64,000 bases of DNA from Bacillus subtilis subsp. subtilis str. 168 (GCF_000009045.1 NC_000964.3:1178001-1242000), one strand, 5' to 3'; positions 18,091 through 30,057 are shown, numbered from the stretch's first letter. Notes: generated by a model not told the origin, from the sequence alone. A program made the numbers and translations.

Positions 18091-19311
18091 ATGATTCAGT
18101 TAAGTGAAGATCAAATTGTAAAAGTAACAGGTGATGTATCCTCGCCAAAAGGGTTTCAGGCAAAGGGTGTGCATTGCGGACTGCGCTACTCGAAAAAAGA
18201 CCTCGGCGTCATTATCAGCGAGACACCGGCCGTGAGTGCAGCAGTTTATACCCAAAGCCACTTTCAGGCTGCTCCGATCAAAGTGACACAAGACAGCTTA
18301 AAGCACGGACCGACACTGAAAGCCGTCATCGTCAACAGCGCCATTGCCAACGCCTGCACGGGAGAACAGGGCTTAAAGGACGCATACACAATGCGGGAGA
18401 GCTTTGCTTCACAGCTTGGCATTGAGCCGGAGCTTGTCGCTGTTTCATCAACGGGTGTCATCGGCGAGCATTTAGACATGGAAAAAATCCACGCGGGGAT
18501 CGAACTGCTGAAAGAAACACCTGCGGGATCAGGCGATTTTGAGGAAGCGATTTTAACAACTGATACGGTGATCAAGCAGACGTGCTATGAACTGGCAATC
18601 GGCGGCAAAACAGTCACGATCGGCGGAGCGGCCAAAGGCTCTGGGATGATACACCCGAACATGGCCACGATGCTGGGATTTGTGACAACTGACGCGGCAA
18701 TCGAAGAAAAAGCGCTGCAAAAGGCGCTTCGGGAAATCACTGACGTTTCATTTAACCAAATCACAGTTGACGGAGAAACATCCACGAACGACATGGTATT
18801 AGTTATGGCGAATGGCTGCGCCGAAAACGAGTGCCTGACAGAAGACCATCCAGACTGGCCGGTCTTTAAAAAAGCGCTCTTGCTCACTTGTGAGGATCTA
18901 GCTAAAGAGATTGCCAGAGACGGAGAAGGCGCGACAAAACTAATTGAAGCCCAAGTACAGGGAGCGAAAAACAATCTTGATGCAAACGTCATTGCCAAAA
19001 AGATTGTCGGCTCAAATCTTGTAAAAACGGCAGTATACGGAACAGATGCCAACTGGGGGCGGATCATCGGAGCCATCGGACACTCCGCAGCACAGGTGAC
19101 GGCAGAAGAAGTAGAGGTTTATCTTGGCGGCCAATGCCTGTTTAAGAATAACGAACCTCAGCCATTCTCTGAATCTATCGCCAAGGAATACCTTGAAGGA
19201 GATGAAATCACCATTGTCATCAAGATGGCTGAAGGGGACGGAAACGGGAGAGCGTGGGGCTGTGACCTGACCTATGACTATATCAAAATTAACGCGAGCT
19301 ATCGCACGTAA
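18091..19311 (+). CDS. argJ: Ornithine acetyltransferase / N-acetylglutamate synthase (406 aa)
   Basis: ATG 18091 after GGGAGAG; KGSGMIHPNMATML, VDGETSTND, GCDLTYDYIKINASYRT. Confidence 0.97.
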   Translation: MIQLSEDQIVKVTGDVSSPKGFQAKGVHCGLRYSKKDLGVIISETPAVSAAVYTQSHFQAAPIKVTQDSLKHGPTLKAVIVNSAIANACTGEQGLKDAYTMRESFASQLGIEPELVAVSSTGVIGEHLDMEKIHAGIELLKETPAGSGDFEEAILTTDTVIKQTCYELAIGGKTVTIGGAAKGSGMIHPNMATMLGFVTTDAAIEEKALQKALREITDVSFNQITVDGETSTNDMVLVMANGCAENECLTEDHPDWPVFKKALLLTCEDLAKEIARDGEGATKLIEAQVQGAKNNLDANVIAKKIVGSNLVKTAVYGTDANWGRIIGAIGHSAAQVTAEEVEVYLGGQCLFKNNEPQPFSESIAKEYLEGDEITIVIKMAEGDGNGRAWGCDLTYDYIKINASYRT

Positions 19312-19325
19312 TAAAGGGGAGCGAA

Positions 19326-20102
19326 ATGAAGAAAACAATCGTTTTTAAATGCGGGGGAAGCGTCATCCGTGAGCTGTCGGAGGAATTTTATCAAAATCTG
19401 AAAGAGCTGAGGGCGTCAGGCTGGAAGCTGGCAATCGTACATGGCGGGGGACCGGAAATCACAAATATGCTGAAACGGTTAAATATCAAGACAGAGTTTT
19501 CGGGCGGACAGAGGAAAACAACGAAGCCGGTGCTGGAAGTGGCGGAAATGGTTTTATCCGGTTCTGTCAATAAATTTTTCGTTGCTGAGCTTGCCAAACA
19601 CGGACTGCGAGCCGCGGGCATTTCTGGTAAGGATGGCGGTCTTTTGGAGGCTGATTATCTAGATCCGGAAACATACGGAGAAGTGGGAGAAATCAAAAAA
19701 GTCGATGCGTCCATGGTGAACGCGCTGATGGAAAATGGCATCATCCCCGTTATTGCGCCGCTGTCTATGACAAGCGACTGCAAAACGCTGAATGTAAATG
19801 CTGATCTGGCTGCTTCAGCAGTCGCCGGAGCGCTTGAAGCCGATAAGCTGATGTTCGTCACGGATGTCGATGGAATCATGAAGGAAAAGCAGCGTCTGGA
19901 CGTCCTGACCCCTAAGGAGATTCAGATGCTGATCAAGCAGGAAGTGATCACAGGAGGGATGATCCCGAAGGTCAATTCAGCCTTGTCAGCTTTATCAGAT
20001 CAGGTGTCTGAAGTCATGATCGTAAACGGTAAAGGATCATTCTTCGCAGAACAAACCTTTCAAGGGACAAAAATTGTCAAAGCAAAGGAGGCTGTTTCAT
20101 GA
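19326..20102 (+). CDS. argB: Acetylglutamate kinase
   Basis: 258 aa; [24 protein letters not shown]. Confidence 0.96.
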   Translation: MKKTIVFKCGGSVIRELSEEFYQNLKELRASGWKLAIVHGGGPEITNMLKRLNIKTEFSGGQRKTTKPVLEVAEMVLSGSVNKFFVAELAKHGLRAAGISGKDGGLLEADYLDPETYGEVGEIKKVDASMVNALMENGIIPVIAPLSMTSDCKTLNVNADLAASAVAGALEADKLMFVTDVDGIMKEKQRLDVLTPKEIQMLIKQEVITGGMIPKVNSALSALSDQVSEVMIVNGKGSFFAEQTFQGTKIVKAKEAVS

Positions 20103-21256
20103 GCAGCTTGTTTCAAACCTACGGCCGTTGGGATATTGACATCAAAAAAGCAAAGGGAACGTACGTTGAGGATCAAAACGGCAAAACGTACCTTGATTTC
20201 ATTCAGGGGATTGCGGTATCAAATCTAGGACACTGCCATGAAGCGGTGACAGAGGCAGTCAAAAAACAGCTTGACAGCGTATGGCACGTATCCAACCTGT
20301 TTCAAAACAGTCTCCAAGAGCAAGCGGCGCAGAAGCTGGCAGCGCATAGTGCGGGAGATCTTGTCTTTTTCTGCAACAGCGGCGCGGAGGCGAATGAAGG
20401 TGCGATAAAGCTTGCCAGAAAAGCAACTGGAAAAACAAAAATCATCACTTTTCTTCAGTCGTTCCATGGCCGCACGTATGCAGGGATGGCTGCGACCGGA
20501 CAGGATAAAATCAAAACAGGCTTCGGCCCGATGCTTGGAGGCTTTCACTACCTGCCATACAATGATCCTTCTGCTTTTAAAGCTCTTGGGGAGGAAGGCG
20601 ATATTGCCGCGGTGATGCTTGAAACAGTGCAGGGAGAAGGAGGAGTCAATCCGGCGAGTGCTGAATTTTTATCAGCCGTACAGTCGTTTTGCAAGGAAAA
20701 GCAAGCCCTTCTCATTATTGATGAAATCCAGACCGGCATCGGACGGACGGGAAAAGGCTTCGCATATGAGCACTTCGGACTCTCACCGGATATCATCACA
20801 GTCGCCAAAGGATTGGGAAACGGCTTTCCGGTCGGCGCTGTCATCGGAAAGAAACAGCTTGGAGAAGCGTTTACCCCTGGTTCTCACGGAACGACTTTCG
20901 GAGGAAACATGCTGGCGATGGCTGCTGTGAATGCCACATTGCAAATTGTATTCCAGCCTGACTTTTTGCAAGAGGCTGCTGACAAAGGGGCGTTTTTAAA
21001 AGAACAGCTTGAGGCAGAGCTAAAGAGCCCTTTTGTTAAACAAATCCGAGGTAAAGGATTAATGCTTGGAATTGAGTGTGATGGCCCGGTTGCTGACATT
21101 ATTGCTGAATTGCAGACATTAGGCTTGCTTGTATTGCCGGCCGGCCCGAACGTGATTCGGCTGCTGCCGCCGCTCACCGTGACTAAGGATGAAATAGCAG
21201 AAGCCGTCAGCAAGCTGAAACAGGCAATCGCTCATCATTCCGCTGTAAACCAGTGA
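20099..21256 (+). CDS. argD: Acetylornithine aminotransferase
   Basis: 385 aa; [29 protein letters not shown]. Confidence 0.96.
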   Translation: MSSLFQTYGRWDIDIKKAKGTYVEDQNGKTYLDFIQGIAVSNLGHCHEAVTEAVKKQLDSVWHVSNLFQNSLQEQAAQKLAAHSAGDLVFFCNSGAEANEGAIKLARKATGKTKIITFLQSFHGRTYAGMAATGQDKIKTGFGPMLGGFHYLPYNDPSAFKALGEEGDIAAVMLETVQGEGGVNPASAEFLSAVQSFCKEKQALLIIDEIQTGIGRTGKGFAYEHFGLSPDIITVAKGLGNGFPVGAVIGKKQLGEAFTPGSHGTTFGGNMLAMAAVNATLQIVFQPDFLQEAADKGAFLKEQLEAELKSPFVKQIRGKGLMLGIECDGPVADIIAELQTLGLLVLPAGPNVIRLLPPLTVTKDEIAEAVSKLKQAIAHHSAVNQ

Positions 21257-21326
21257 TTTTTTTTCGATATAAAGGCATAAAAATTCATTTTTATAATTAA
21301 TTATTCATCAAGAGGTGGGCTGTTAG

Positions 21327-22388
21327 ATGGAAGGTTATTTAGTGTTAGAAGATGGGACATCGTTCAGCGGCGAGCTGGACGGTCATGAAAACTGCACGGG
21401 AGAAGCTGTTTTTTTCACAGGAATGACAGGCTACCAGGAAGTGCTGACAGATCCATCATATAAGGGACAGATTATTGTATTTACCTACCCGCTGATTGGC
21501 AACTACGGCATAAATGAAAAGGATTTTGAAAGCAAGAAACCGCAAGTAAAAGCCGCGGTTGTCTATGAGGCGTGTGATCACTTTTCTCATTATGAAGCGG
21601 TATACAGCCTCAAGGAGTATCTACAGAAATGGAATATTCCGCTGTTAACCCATGTTGATACGAGGGCTGTCGTGAAGAAAATCCGGGCAAACGGGACGAT
21701 GGGTGCGACAGTCACAGCCTCTAAAGAAGGAGCTGAGATTGCCCTTCAACCAGAGAATGTGGCAGAGCAGGCTTCCGCCCAGGAAATCAGCACATTCGGC
21801 GACGGGAATAAACATATCGCTCTCATTGATTTTGGCTATAAAAAGTCAATCGCATCATCACTTGTCAAACGAGGCTGCAAGGTTACCGTGGTGCCATACC
21901 AGCAAATGGAGGCCGTATACAACATCAAACCCGATGGAATTGTGCTATCGAACGGACCTGGAGATCCGAAAGCCATTCAGCCATATTTAGGAAAGATCAA
22001 AAGCATCATCAGCCGCTTTCCGACTCTAGGCATTTGTCTCGGACATCAGCTGATCGCGCTCGCGTTTGGAGGGAATACTTTTAAGCTGCCATTCGGGCAC
22101 AGGGGAGCTAATCATCCGGTCATCGACCGTAAGACGAAACGGGTCTTTATGACAAGCCAAAACCACAGCTATGTGGTTGATGAACAGTCGATTAATGAAG
22201 AAGAGCTCACCATCAGGTTTCATCATGTCAATGATACGTCAGTTGAAGGGCTTGCCCATAAAAAACTGCCTGTCATGAGTGTTCAATTCCACCCGGAAGC
22301 CCATCCCGGACCTGCGGAAAGCGAATGGATTTTTGATGATTATCTAAAGAATGTGATACCAGCAAGGAGAGAAATCGCGCATGCCTAA
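21327..22388 (+). CDS. carA: Arginine-specific carbamoyl-phosphate synthase small subunit
   Basis: 353 aa; SNGPGDP, GICLGHQ, QFHPE triad. Confidence 0.96.
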   Translation: MEGYLVLEDGTSFSGELDGHENCTGEAVFFTGMTGYQEVLTDPSYKGQIIVFTYPLIGNYGINEKDFESKKPQVKAAVVYEACDHFSHYEAVYSLKEYLQKWNIPLLTHVDTRAVVKKIRANGTMGATVTASKEGAEIALQPENVAEQASAQEISTFGDGNKHIALIDFGYKKSIASSLVKRGCKVTVVPYQQMEAVYNIKPDGIVLSNGPGDPKAIQPYLGKIKSIISRFPTLGICLGHQLIALAFGGNTFKLPFGHRGANHPVIDRKTKRVFMTSQNHSYVVDEQSINEEELTIRFHHVNDTSVEGLAHKKLPVMSVQFHPEAHPGPAESEWIFDDYLKNVIPARREIAHA

Positions 22389-25300
22389 AGACACCAGTAT
22401 TTCAAGCATATTAGTAATTGGCTCAGGCCCGATCATCATCGGGCAGGCGGCAGAATTTGATTATTCAGGCACTCAAGGGTGCATCGCGCTGAAGGAGGAG
22501 GGCTACCGGGTAATTCTCGTCAACAGCAATCCGGCGACAATTATGACTGATGAAGCCTTCGCTGATGAAATTTATTTTGAGCCTCTGACAGCAGAAAGCC
22601 TGACAGCCATCATTAAGAAAGAACGGCCTGATGGGCTTCTTGCCAATTTAGGCGGTCAGACCGCGTTGAATTTAGCGGTGGAGCTTGAAGAAACGGGTGT
22701 TTTAAAAGAGCACGGCGTCAAACTCCTCGGCACATCCGTTGAAACGATACAAAAAGGAGAGGACCGGGAAAAATTCCGTTCGTTAATGAATGAATTAAAA
22801 CAGCCTGTGCCGGAGAGTGAAATTGTTGATAACGAGGCCGATGCCCTCCATTTTGCGGAATCCATCGGTTTTCCTGTTATTATCAGACCAGCTTACACAT
22901 TAGGCGGAAAGGGCGGAGGAATCGCCCCTGATAAAGAAGCCTTTACAGCTATGATTAAGCAGGCGCTATTAGCAAGCCCGATCAATCAATGCCTTGTCGA
23001 AAAAAGCATTGCCGGCTTTAAAGAAATTGAATATGAAGTCATGCGTGACAGCAATAACACATGCATTACCGTCTGCAATATGGAAAATATCGATCCGGTC
23101 GGCGTGCATACAGGTGACTCTATCGTTGTGGCGCCGTCACAAACATTGACAGACGAAGACTATCAAATGCTGCGGACAGCAAGTCTGACGATCATCTCAG
23201 CACTTGATGTTGTAGGCGGCTGCAACATTCAATTCGCGCTTGATCCATTCAGCAAGCAATATTACGTCATTGAAGTGAATCCGCGTGTAAGCCGGTCATC
23301 GGCTCTCGCATCTAAAGCGACCGGTTATCCGATTGCGAAGATGGCCGCGAAACTGGCAGTCGGATACACTCTTGACGAGCTGAAAAATCCGCTCACAGGC
23401 TCGACTTACGCAAGCTTTGAACCGGCACTGGATTATGTGATCGTCAAATTTCCGCGCTGGCCGTTTGATAAATTCAAAAACGCAGACCGCAAGCTTGGCA
23501 CAAAAATGAAAGCCACCGGTGAAGTGATGGCGATTGAACGGAATTTAGAAGCGGCGATACAAAAGGCAGCCGCGTCGCTTGAATTAAAAAATATCGGGAC
23601 ACACCTTCCAGAGCTCAGCGGGTTGTCAATTGATACGCTATGGGATTTGGCAATCACTCCGGATGACCGCAGATTTTTCGTTGTCATGGAGCTGTTGAGC
23701 CGCAGCGTCTCGATTGATGACATCCATGAAAAAACAAAAATTGATCCGTTTTTCCTTCATACCTTTGACAACATCATCAAATTGGAAAACCGCCTGATGG
23801 AAGCAGGGAGCGATCTCTCTTTTGAATTATTGAAGAAAGCAAAGGAAAAGGGATTCTCAGACGCAACGATTGCCTCGCTGATCAGCAAAACAGAAGAAGA
23901 GGTGCGCGCGCTTCGCAAGGAGATGGGCATTACGCCTTCCTTTAAAATCGTAGATACATGCGCGGCAGAGTTTGATGCGAAAACAAACTATTTTTACTCC
24001 ACATATTTCGGAGAGACCGATGGAGACATCAGCCGCAAAGAGAAAAAACGCGCGCTCATTATCGGATCAGGCCCGATTCGGATCGGCCAAGGCGTTGAAT
24101 TTGATTACAGTGCTGTTCACGGTGTGCTGACACTGCAAGAGCTTGGGTTCGAAACCATCATGATTAACAATAACCCGGAAACTGTCAGCACCGATTATGA
24201 AATTGCGGACCGCCTGTATTTTGAACCGATGACAACGGAGCATATTGTAAACGTGGCGGAGCAGGAAAATATTGATTTTGCAATTGTGCAATTTGGCGGT
24301 CAAACTGCAATCAATGCTGCTGAAGCGCTCGAAAAAGCCGGCATTACTCTTCTTGGCACATCATTTCAAACGCTCGACGTGTTAGAGGATCGGGATCAAT
24401 TTTATCAGCTTCTTGACGAGCTGGGATTGAAGCACGCAAAAGGAGAAATTGCTTATACAAAAGAAGAAGCCGCTTCAAAAGCGAGTGAGATCGGCTATCC
24501 GGTGTTAATCCGCCCATCTTACGTTATCGGCGGAATGGGCATGATCATTGTTGACTCGCAAGCCCAGCTTTCTCAGCTGCTGAATGATGAGGACAGCATG
24601 CCATACCCGATTTTAATTGATCAGTATGTGTCTGGAAAGGAAGTCGAAATTGATTTGATTTCCGACGGCGAGGAAGTCTTTATCCCGACATATACCGAGC
24701 ATATTGAACGGGCAGGTGTCCATTCAGGGGACAGTTTTGCCATTCTTCCCGGACCGTCCATCACGAGCGGGCTGCAGCAGGGCATGAAAGATGCGGCACA
24801 AAAAATTGCCCGAAAACTTTCATTTAAAGGCATCATGAACATTCAATTTGTGATCGACAATGGAAACATACTCGTTCTTGAAGTGAATCCGAGAGCGAGC
24901 CGCACGGTTCCTGTCGTCAGCAAAGTAATGGGCGTTCCGATGATTCCGCTCGCCACACGTCTGCTGGCGGGAGCGTCCTTAAAAGATCTAAATCCGGCAG
25001 TTCAAAATCATCATGGAGTTGCCGTGAAGTTCCCTGTTTTTTCTTCTCATGCGATCCAGGATGTGGATGTCAAGCTTGGACCGGAAATGAAATCAACGGG
25101 AGAAGGCATGTGTGTCGCATATGATTCTAACAGCGCCTTGAAAAAAATCTATACAAGAGTCTGGAGTCAAAAAGGAAGCATTTATTTGCAAAACGTTCCG
25201 GAAGATGTGAAGGAGTTAGCAGAAAACGCAGGTTTTACAATACATGAAGGAACATTTGCCTCATGGATGGAACAGGAAGGAAACTCGCTCCACATTAATC

Positions 25301-25473
25301 TGAGCGGTTCTGAAGAAGCACGCAAAGAACGTTTGGAAGCCATGACGCACGGCATCCCCGTCTTTACAGAAGAAGAAACTGTGCGGGCGTTTTTACAAAG
25401 CGGTTCAGGCCATCCGCAGCCTGTATCTCTCAAAGACCTCTATAAAAAGGAAGTGGCATCATGCACACAGTGA
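22381..25473 (+). CDS. carB: Arginine-specific carbamoyl-phosphate synthase large subunit
   Basis: 1030 aa; two ATP-grasp halves ([19 protein letters not shown] / EVNPRASR). Confidence 0.96.
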   Translation: MPKDTSISSILVIGSGPIIIGQAAEFDYSGTQGCIALKEEGYRVILVNSNPATIMTDEAFADEIYFEPLTAESLTAIIKKERPDGLLANLGGQTALNLAVELEETGVLKEHGVKLLGTSVETIQKGEDREKFRSLMNELKQPVPESEIVDNEADALHFAESIGFPVIIRPAYTLGGKGGGIAPDKEAFTAMIKQALLASPINQCLVEKSIAGFKEIEYEVMRDSNNTCITVCNMENIDPVGVHTGDSIVVAPSQTLTDEDYQMLRTASLTIISALDVVGGCNIQFALDPFSKQYYVIEVNPRVSRSSALASKATGYPIAKMAAKLAVGYTLDELKNPLTGSTYASFEPALDYVIVKFPRWPFDKFKNADRKLGTKMKATGEVMAIERNLEAAIQKAAASLELKNIGTHLPELSGLSIDTLWDLAITPDDRRFFVVMELLSRSVSIDDIHEKTKIDPFFLHTFDNIIKLENRLMEAGSDLSFELLKKAKEKGFSDATIASLISKTEEEVRALRKEMGITPSFKIVDTCAAEFDAKTNYFYSTYFGETDGDISRKEKKRALIIGSGPIRIGQGVEFDYSAVHGVLTLQELGFETIMINNNPETVSTDYEIADRLYFEPMTTEHIVNVAEQENIDFAIVQFGGQTAINAAEALEKAGITLLGTSFQTLDVLEDRDQFYQLLDELGLKHAKGEIAYTKEEAASKASEIGYPVLIRPSYVIGGMGMIIVDSQAQLSQLLNDEDSMPYPILIDQYVSGKEVEIDLISDGEEVFIPTYTEHIERAGVHSGDSFAILPGPSITSGLQQGMKDAAQKIARKLSFKGIMNIQFVIDNGNILVLEVNPRASRTVPVVSKVMGVPMIPLATRLLAGASLKDLNPAVQNHHGVAVKFPVFSSHAIQDVDVKLGPEMKSTGEGMCVAYDSNSALKKIYTRVWSQKGSIYLQNVPEDVKELAENAGFTIHEGTFASWMEQEGNSLHINLSGSEEARKERLEAMTHGIPVFTEEETVRAFLQSGSGHPQPVSLKDLYKKEVASCTQ

Positions 25474-26420
25474 CGCAAACCAGTTTATACGGAAAAGATT
25501 TATTAACGTTAAAGGACCTTAGTGAAGAAGATATAAACGCCTTGCTCGCAGAAGCCGGTGAGCTGAAACAAAACAAAATTCAGCCTATATTCCATGGCAA
25601 AACCTTGGCGATGATTTTTGAAAAATCATCAACGCGGACCCGTGTTTCATTTGAAGCGGGCATGGCGCAGCTGGGCGGGAGCGCCCTCTTTCTAAGCCAG
25701 AAAGATCTGCAGCTGGGGCGCGGTGAGACTGTCGCTGATACGGCAAAAGTGCTGTCAGGCTATGTGGATGCCATCATGATCCGGACCTTTGAACATGAAA
25801 AGGTGGAGGAACTTGCCAAAGAAGCTGACATTCCGGTGATCAATGGACTTACCGATAAATACCACCCATGCCAGGCGCTGGCGGATCTCTTGACGATTAA
25901 GGAGATAAAAGGGAAGCTTAAAGGCGTAAAAGTCGCGTACATCGGTGACGGAAATAACGTGGCGCACTCCTTGATGATCGGCTGCGCGAAAATGGGCTGT
26001 GATATCTCGATCGCTTCACCAAAGGGATATGAAGTGTTAGATGAAGCAGCTGAAGCGGCAAAGACATATGCACTTCAATCCGGCTCTTCTGTCACGCTGA
26101 CAGATGATCCGATTGAAGCTGTAAAAGACGCGGACGTGATTTATTCTGATGTGTTTACAAGCATGGGGCAGGAAGCGGAAGAGCAAGAACGTCTTGCTGT
26201 CTTTGCGCCTTATCAGGTGAATGCGGCGCTGGTCAGCCATGCCAAGCCTGACTATACATTTTTACATTGTCTCCCTGCGCATCGCGAGGAAGAAGTGACT
26301 GCGGAGATTATTGACGGGCCGAACTCTGCAGTGTTCCAGCAGGCGGAAAACCGTCTTCATGTGCAAAAAGCACTGCTGAAGGCCATTTTATATAAAGGGG
26401 AATCATCAAAAAACTGCTGA
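25461..26420 (+). CDS. argF: Ornithine carbamoyltransferase
   Basis: 319 aa; STRTR, HPCQ, HCLP. Confidence 0.97.
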   Translation: MHTVTQTSLYGKDLLTLKDLSEEDINALLAEAGELKQNKIQPIFHGKTLAMIFEKSSTRTRVSFEAGMAQLGGSALFLSQKDLQLGRGETVADTAKVLSGYVDAIMIRTFEHEKVEELAKEADIPVINGLTDKYHPCQALADLLTIKEIKGKLKGVKVAYIGDGNNVAHSLMIGCAKMGCDISIASPKGYEVLDEAAEAAKTYALQSGSSVTLTDDPIEAVKDADVIYSDVFTSMGQEAEEQERLAVFAPYQVNAALVSHAKPDYTFLHCLPAHREEEVTAEIIDGPNSAVFQQAENRLHVQKALLKAILYKGESSKNC

Positions 26421-26441
26421 GCCAAACTCAGCAGTTTTTTT
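26409..26441 (+). terminator. arg operon terminator
   Basis: AAAAACTGCTGA-N7-TCAGCAGTTTTTTT. Confidence 0.85.
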
Positions 26442-26505
26442 GATGGCAACATATTCACAGCCGCTTAGGCGCATACTACAGCAAAAAGGAAAAGGAGGAA
26501 AAACA

Positions 26506-26685
26506 GTGGGACAGCAGCACCAATTCCGGCCCGGACAGAAAGCGCCTAATAACGGTGTCTACGTAGAAATCGGCGAGACAGGGAGCATGGTTAAAAACCC
26601 TCAAAAGGTCCATCTGTCAGCAGGGGAAATGTTCCCCGAAACATCAAACCACAACCGGCTGTGGACCTACAAAAGAAAGCCGTGA
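26506..26685 (+). CDS. yjzC: YjzC-family small protein (59 aa)
   Basis: GTG 26506 after AAAGGAGG; FRPGQKAPNNGVY...GEMFPETSNHNRLW; CATACTA -10 at 26472-78. Confidence 0.85.
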   Translation: MGQQHQFRPGQKAPNNGVYVEIGETGSMVKNPQKVHLSAGEMFPETSNHNRLWTYKRKP

Positions 26686-26690
26686 CCACT

Positions 26691-26724
26691 AAAAAACCCA
26701 AAACAATAAATGTTTTGGGTTTTT
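26691..26724. terminator. Bidirectional terminator yjzC / yjzD
   Basis: AAAAAACCCAAAACA...TGTTTTGGGTTTTT. Confidence 0.75.
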
Positions 26725-26730
26725 GGCTTT

Positions 26731-26916
26731 TTAATGCTGGCTTGCATTTTTGTTCATAGGCATGATTTCTGCTAAAACCATGATTAAGACATACAGTACA
26801 ACAGCAATGACAGATGATGTTTTGAAATTATACGTAACGCTGTTCATGCTTGCAACCAAGTAGCATGCCATATGTGATAAAAGGAACGTCCAAATAAAGG
26901 CAATAATATATCGCAC
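26731..26916 (-). CDS. yjzD: Small 2-TM membrane protein (DUF2929)
   Basis: 61 aa; MRYIIAFIWTFLL...YLVASM. Confidence 0.82.
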   Translation of the reverse strand: MRYIIAFIWTFLLSHMACYLVASMNSVTYNFKTSSVIAVVLYVLIMVLAEIMPMNKNASQH

Positions 26917-27164
26917 GTTTCCACCTCGTCCTTCTCATTCTATTCTAAAAGTTATCATACCATACAAAAAGCGAAGGGGGAATCCAATTTTAGCAGAAAG
27001 TGAGGTGACAAAAGAGTCTGATTCGTCACACTTTAATGGTAAAATATAAAACGTCAATCAGTATAATAGCCAAAAATGTAAAAGGCTAGGACTTTACCTT
27101 ATTCGTTTCTTTTCTATTTACATAAGATAGCGTGAGATGAAGTGTGAAAGGAGGCGGGCAAGCG

Positions 27165-27899
27165 ATGGGAATAACGGAAAGATACTTTCAACTGGGAACG
27201 GAGCATAATGTCATTCATCTGCCCTATCGCCCGAACGGCTTCGGCATCTTTATCTTGGGGGACAGAACCCACTTTGTCGGACATGATTCAAGCTTTTGGC
27301 AGCAGCATTATGGCAGAAATCAGCTTCTGAGCATGTTGATGAATGAAGGATACACTCTTTTTAACAGCAATCTGTTCGGAAGGCATTGGGGGGCGGAAAA
27401 AGCAGTCACCTATGCCAAACAGCTGATACATTCTGTGCTGAAGCAGGAAATCCTCAATCCGAAGATTCATATTTTAGCAGAAGGCATGGGTGCTCTCGTG
27501 GCCGATGAACTGCTTCGTTTTTCCCCGGATCATATCCGCTCAGCCGCAATGTTGAATCCTTGTCTCGATCTTCAGGCACATTATGAATCGGAAAAAGAAA
27601 ATAAATTTTTCTATAAGCAATTTTTGAAAGAAGTATCGAAAAGCTACGGAATTTCTGAAAAAGAAGCGGAAGCGATTCGTTATAAAACAATTCAAAGCTA
27701 CCCGAGCGGCGTACCGGTTCATATATGGCAGCGTATGACCGGAGCTCCATATCCCTACAGCGTACATGCGGAAGTTTTCAAGGAAAAACAGCAAAAGCAA
27801 GGCTCACCGGTCGACATGACATTTCATTTATTTGAGCATCCAAGCAGAATTTATGCATCAATTTGCAAATTCTTTCATAGTCATGAAAAAGAATTATAG
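27165..27899 (+). CDS. yjaU: Alpha/beta-hydrolase-fold protein of unknown function (244 aa)
   Basis: ATG 27165 after AAAGGAGG; [11 protein letters not shown] elbow-like motif without the usual Ser. Confidence 0.8.
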
Positions 27900-27980
27900 A
27901 GAATATAATGACAACAGCCTTCTCTTTTGCGGAGGCTGTTTTGTTTTGGGAAATGAAAAACCGGAAGGGCGGCAGATGCA

Positions 27981-28538
27981 ATGGAATCAACGCTGATTGT
28001 AGGTGCGGACGAATTTTTCGGCCTTTCATTATGTGAGCGAATGATGGATGAAGGCATACATGTTGACGTTGTTCTGGCGGAAACAGAAGATAAAATGAGA
28101 CAAATGTACTTAGAAGAAAGACTCATGTGGCTTGGGAGAAATGAACTCTTTCGCCAGCTTGAACACATTGGAGACCAAAATTATGATACAATTTGTATCC
28201 AGTTCGGAAGTTTTTTGCCTTTAGACCAATATGATTCTCCTTATATTTTAGTATATGAAGAAGACCGAAAAGAATGGGATAAACGTGAAAAAACAGGCTC
28301 GGAAAAAACCGTGATCCTGCCGAAAATGTACGGGCCATGGAAAGAAGAAACAGAGGAAGACGGCTATTACACAAACGACGTGGCTGACGAGTTGCTGAGA
28401 TTCCTGTTAGAACCAAGCCGTCATAGCAAAGATCAGCTTTTTGAATTGCAAGTCACAGAGAAAACCTCAAAAGAAGAAGCAAAAACAAAAATTATCGAGT
28501 GGAAAAGACAATTTTCATCAATTTTCGACAAATATTAA
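27981..28538 (+). CDS. yjaV: Hypothetical protein with degenerate SDR/epimerase-like N-terminus
   Basis: 185 aa; TLIVGADEFFGLSLCERMMDEG. Confidence 0.8.
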   Translation: MESTLIVGADEFFGLSLCERMMDEGIHVDVVLAETEDKMRQMYLEERLMWLGRNELFRQLEHIGDQNYDTICIQFGSFLPLDQYDSPYILVYEEDRKEWDKREKTGSEKTVILPKMYGPWKEETEEDGYYTNDVADELLRFLLEPSRHSKDQLFELQVTEKTSKEEAKTKIIEWKRQFSSIFDKY

Positions 28539-28628
28539 GAAAAACCTTCCATGTTTCGAGTTTTCTAGATACAATAAACGTATAAAAATAATACATGTTA
28601 TAGCTTGTCAAAAGGAGTTGAACATGAC

Positions 28629-29582
28629 TTGATCACAAGGCTTGTCATGATCTTTTCTGTCCTCCTTTTATTGAGTGGATGTGGACAAACTCCGTTCAAA
28701 GGAAAAATTGAGAAGGTCGGCATGCTCTTTCCTGATACGATTAATGACCTCGTATGGGGCACAAAAGGGTATAAAGGATTACTGAATATACAATCCAAAT
28801 ACAATGTGGACGTCTATTATAAAGAAGGCGTTAAAACAGAAGAAGATATCATAAATGCGATTGAGGATTTTCATAAGAGGGGCGTCAATCTGCTCTACGG
28901 CCATGGGAGTGAATATGCTGAGGTGTTTAACTTGGTCGGCGAAGATTATCCAGATATGGAATTCGTCATTTCCAATGCGAAAGCGAAAGCTGATAATGTA
29001 ACAAGTGTCCATTTTAGCGGGGAAGCAATGGGCTTTTTTGGAGGAATGACTGCTGCCCATATGTCGAAAACGAATCAGGTCGGTGTAATTGCTTCCTTTA
29101 CGTGGCAGCCTGAGGTTGACGGTTTTATCAAAGGGGCCAAGTATGAAAATCCGGATATAGAGGTAAATACGAAATATACGGATCATTGGGATGATGATAC
29201 AACAGCAGTAAAGCTTTATCAGAAAATGAAGAACGAAGGCGCGGATGTTGTGTATCCCGCCGGAGACGGGTATAATGTTCCTGTTATTCAGCAAATCAAA
29301 AAAGACGGTCTTTATGCCATAGGCTACGTCACAGATCAATCGGATCTGGGCGAGAATACCGTATTAACCAGCACGGTGCAAAATGTGGACAAGGCCTATG
29401 AAATCATTGCTGAACAATTTAATAAAGGCACCCTTGAGGGCGGCGATCATTACTACGACCTGAACACGGGAGTCGTTGAGATGGGAACATTCAGCCCGCT
29501 CGTCGATCAAGACTTTCAGCAAAGAATCGCCAAGCTGATCAAAACATACAACAAAACAGGCGAGCTGCCAAAAAACGAGTAA
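28629..29582 (+). CDS. med: BMP-family lipoprotein Med (317 aa)
   Basis: TTG 28629 after AAAGGAG; lipobox LSGC; BMP fold (GHGSEY, GFFGG, AIGYVTDQ). Confidence 0.92.
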   Translation: MITRLVMIFSVLLLLSGCGQTPFKGKIEKVGMLFPDTINDLVWGTKGYKGLLNIQSKYNVDVYYKEGVKTEEDIINAIEDFHKRGVNLLYGHGSEYAEVFNLVGEDYPDMEFVISNAKAKADNVTSVHFSGEAMGFFGGMTAAHMSKTNQVGVIASFTWQPEVDGFIKGAKYENPDIEVNTKYTDHWDDDTTAVKLYQKMKNEGADVVYPAGDGYNVPVIQQIKKDGLYAIGYVTDQSDLGENTVLTSTVQNVDKAYEIIAEQFNKGTLEGGDHYYDLNTGVVEMGTFSPLVDQDFQQRIAKLIKTYNKTGELPKNE

Positions 29583-29596
29583 TGGAGTGACGTCAC

Positions 29597-29788
29597 ATGC
29601 AGCACGAAAAATCACTTGAATTCTTGCAAATTGCCATGAAATATCTCCCTGAAGCGAAAGAACAGCTTGAGAAATCAGGCATTGAGCTCTCAATGGAGGC
29701 CATCCAGCCGTTTATGAATCTATTTACAACGGTAATGGCGGAAGCTTATGAGCTTGGCAAGTCTGACGCTAAATCTGAAACAGAATAA
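29597..29788 (+). CDS. comZ: ComZ competence regulator
   Basis: 63 aa; MQHEKSLEFLQIAMKYLPEAK. Confidence 0.92.
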   Translation: MQHEKSLEFLQIAMKYLPEAKEQLEKSGIELSMEAIQPFMNLFTTVMAEAYELGKSDAKSETE

Positions 29789-29817
29789 GAAGAAGCCACT
29801 TTTTTGAAAGTGGCTTT

Positions 29818-30057
29818 TCACATGATTTTCTTTTTAATAGCGGAGAGCATGGGCGCAAGCTCCTTTAAAGCGGGCTTGATTTGATCAAGAGAGTTCATAA
29901 TTGAACCGATTTGGTCCATAATATGCATGTAATTAATCGTCTCTTCGTCGTTTGTCTGAGAAACCTGAGAAACTTCCTCTTGCTGTTCCTCCTCCTTCTC
30001 TTCTGTTGGTTTTGCTGCATCGCCGAACATCATTCTTGAAAACACATCCAACTGCAT
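29818..30057 (-). CDS. yjzB: Small acidic spore-associated protein (79 aa)
   Basis: ATG 30057 after AGGAGG; MQLDVFSRMMFG, E/Q-rich middle. Confidence 0.8.
   Translation of the reverse strand: MQLDVFSRMMFGDAAKPTEEKEEEQQEEVSQVSQTNDEETINYMHIMDQIGSIMNSLDQIKPALKELAPMLSAIKKKIM

Noticed and set aside
27005-27029. GTGAC-N15-GTCAC inverted repeat between yjzD and yjaU
   Set aside because: 5-bp arms are expected by chance; matches no operator I recognise
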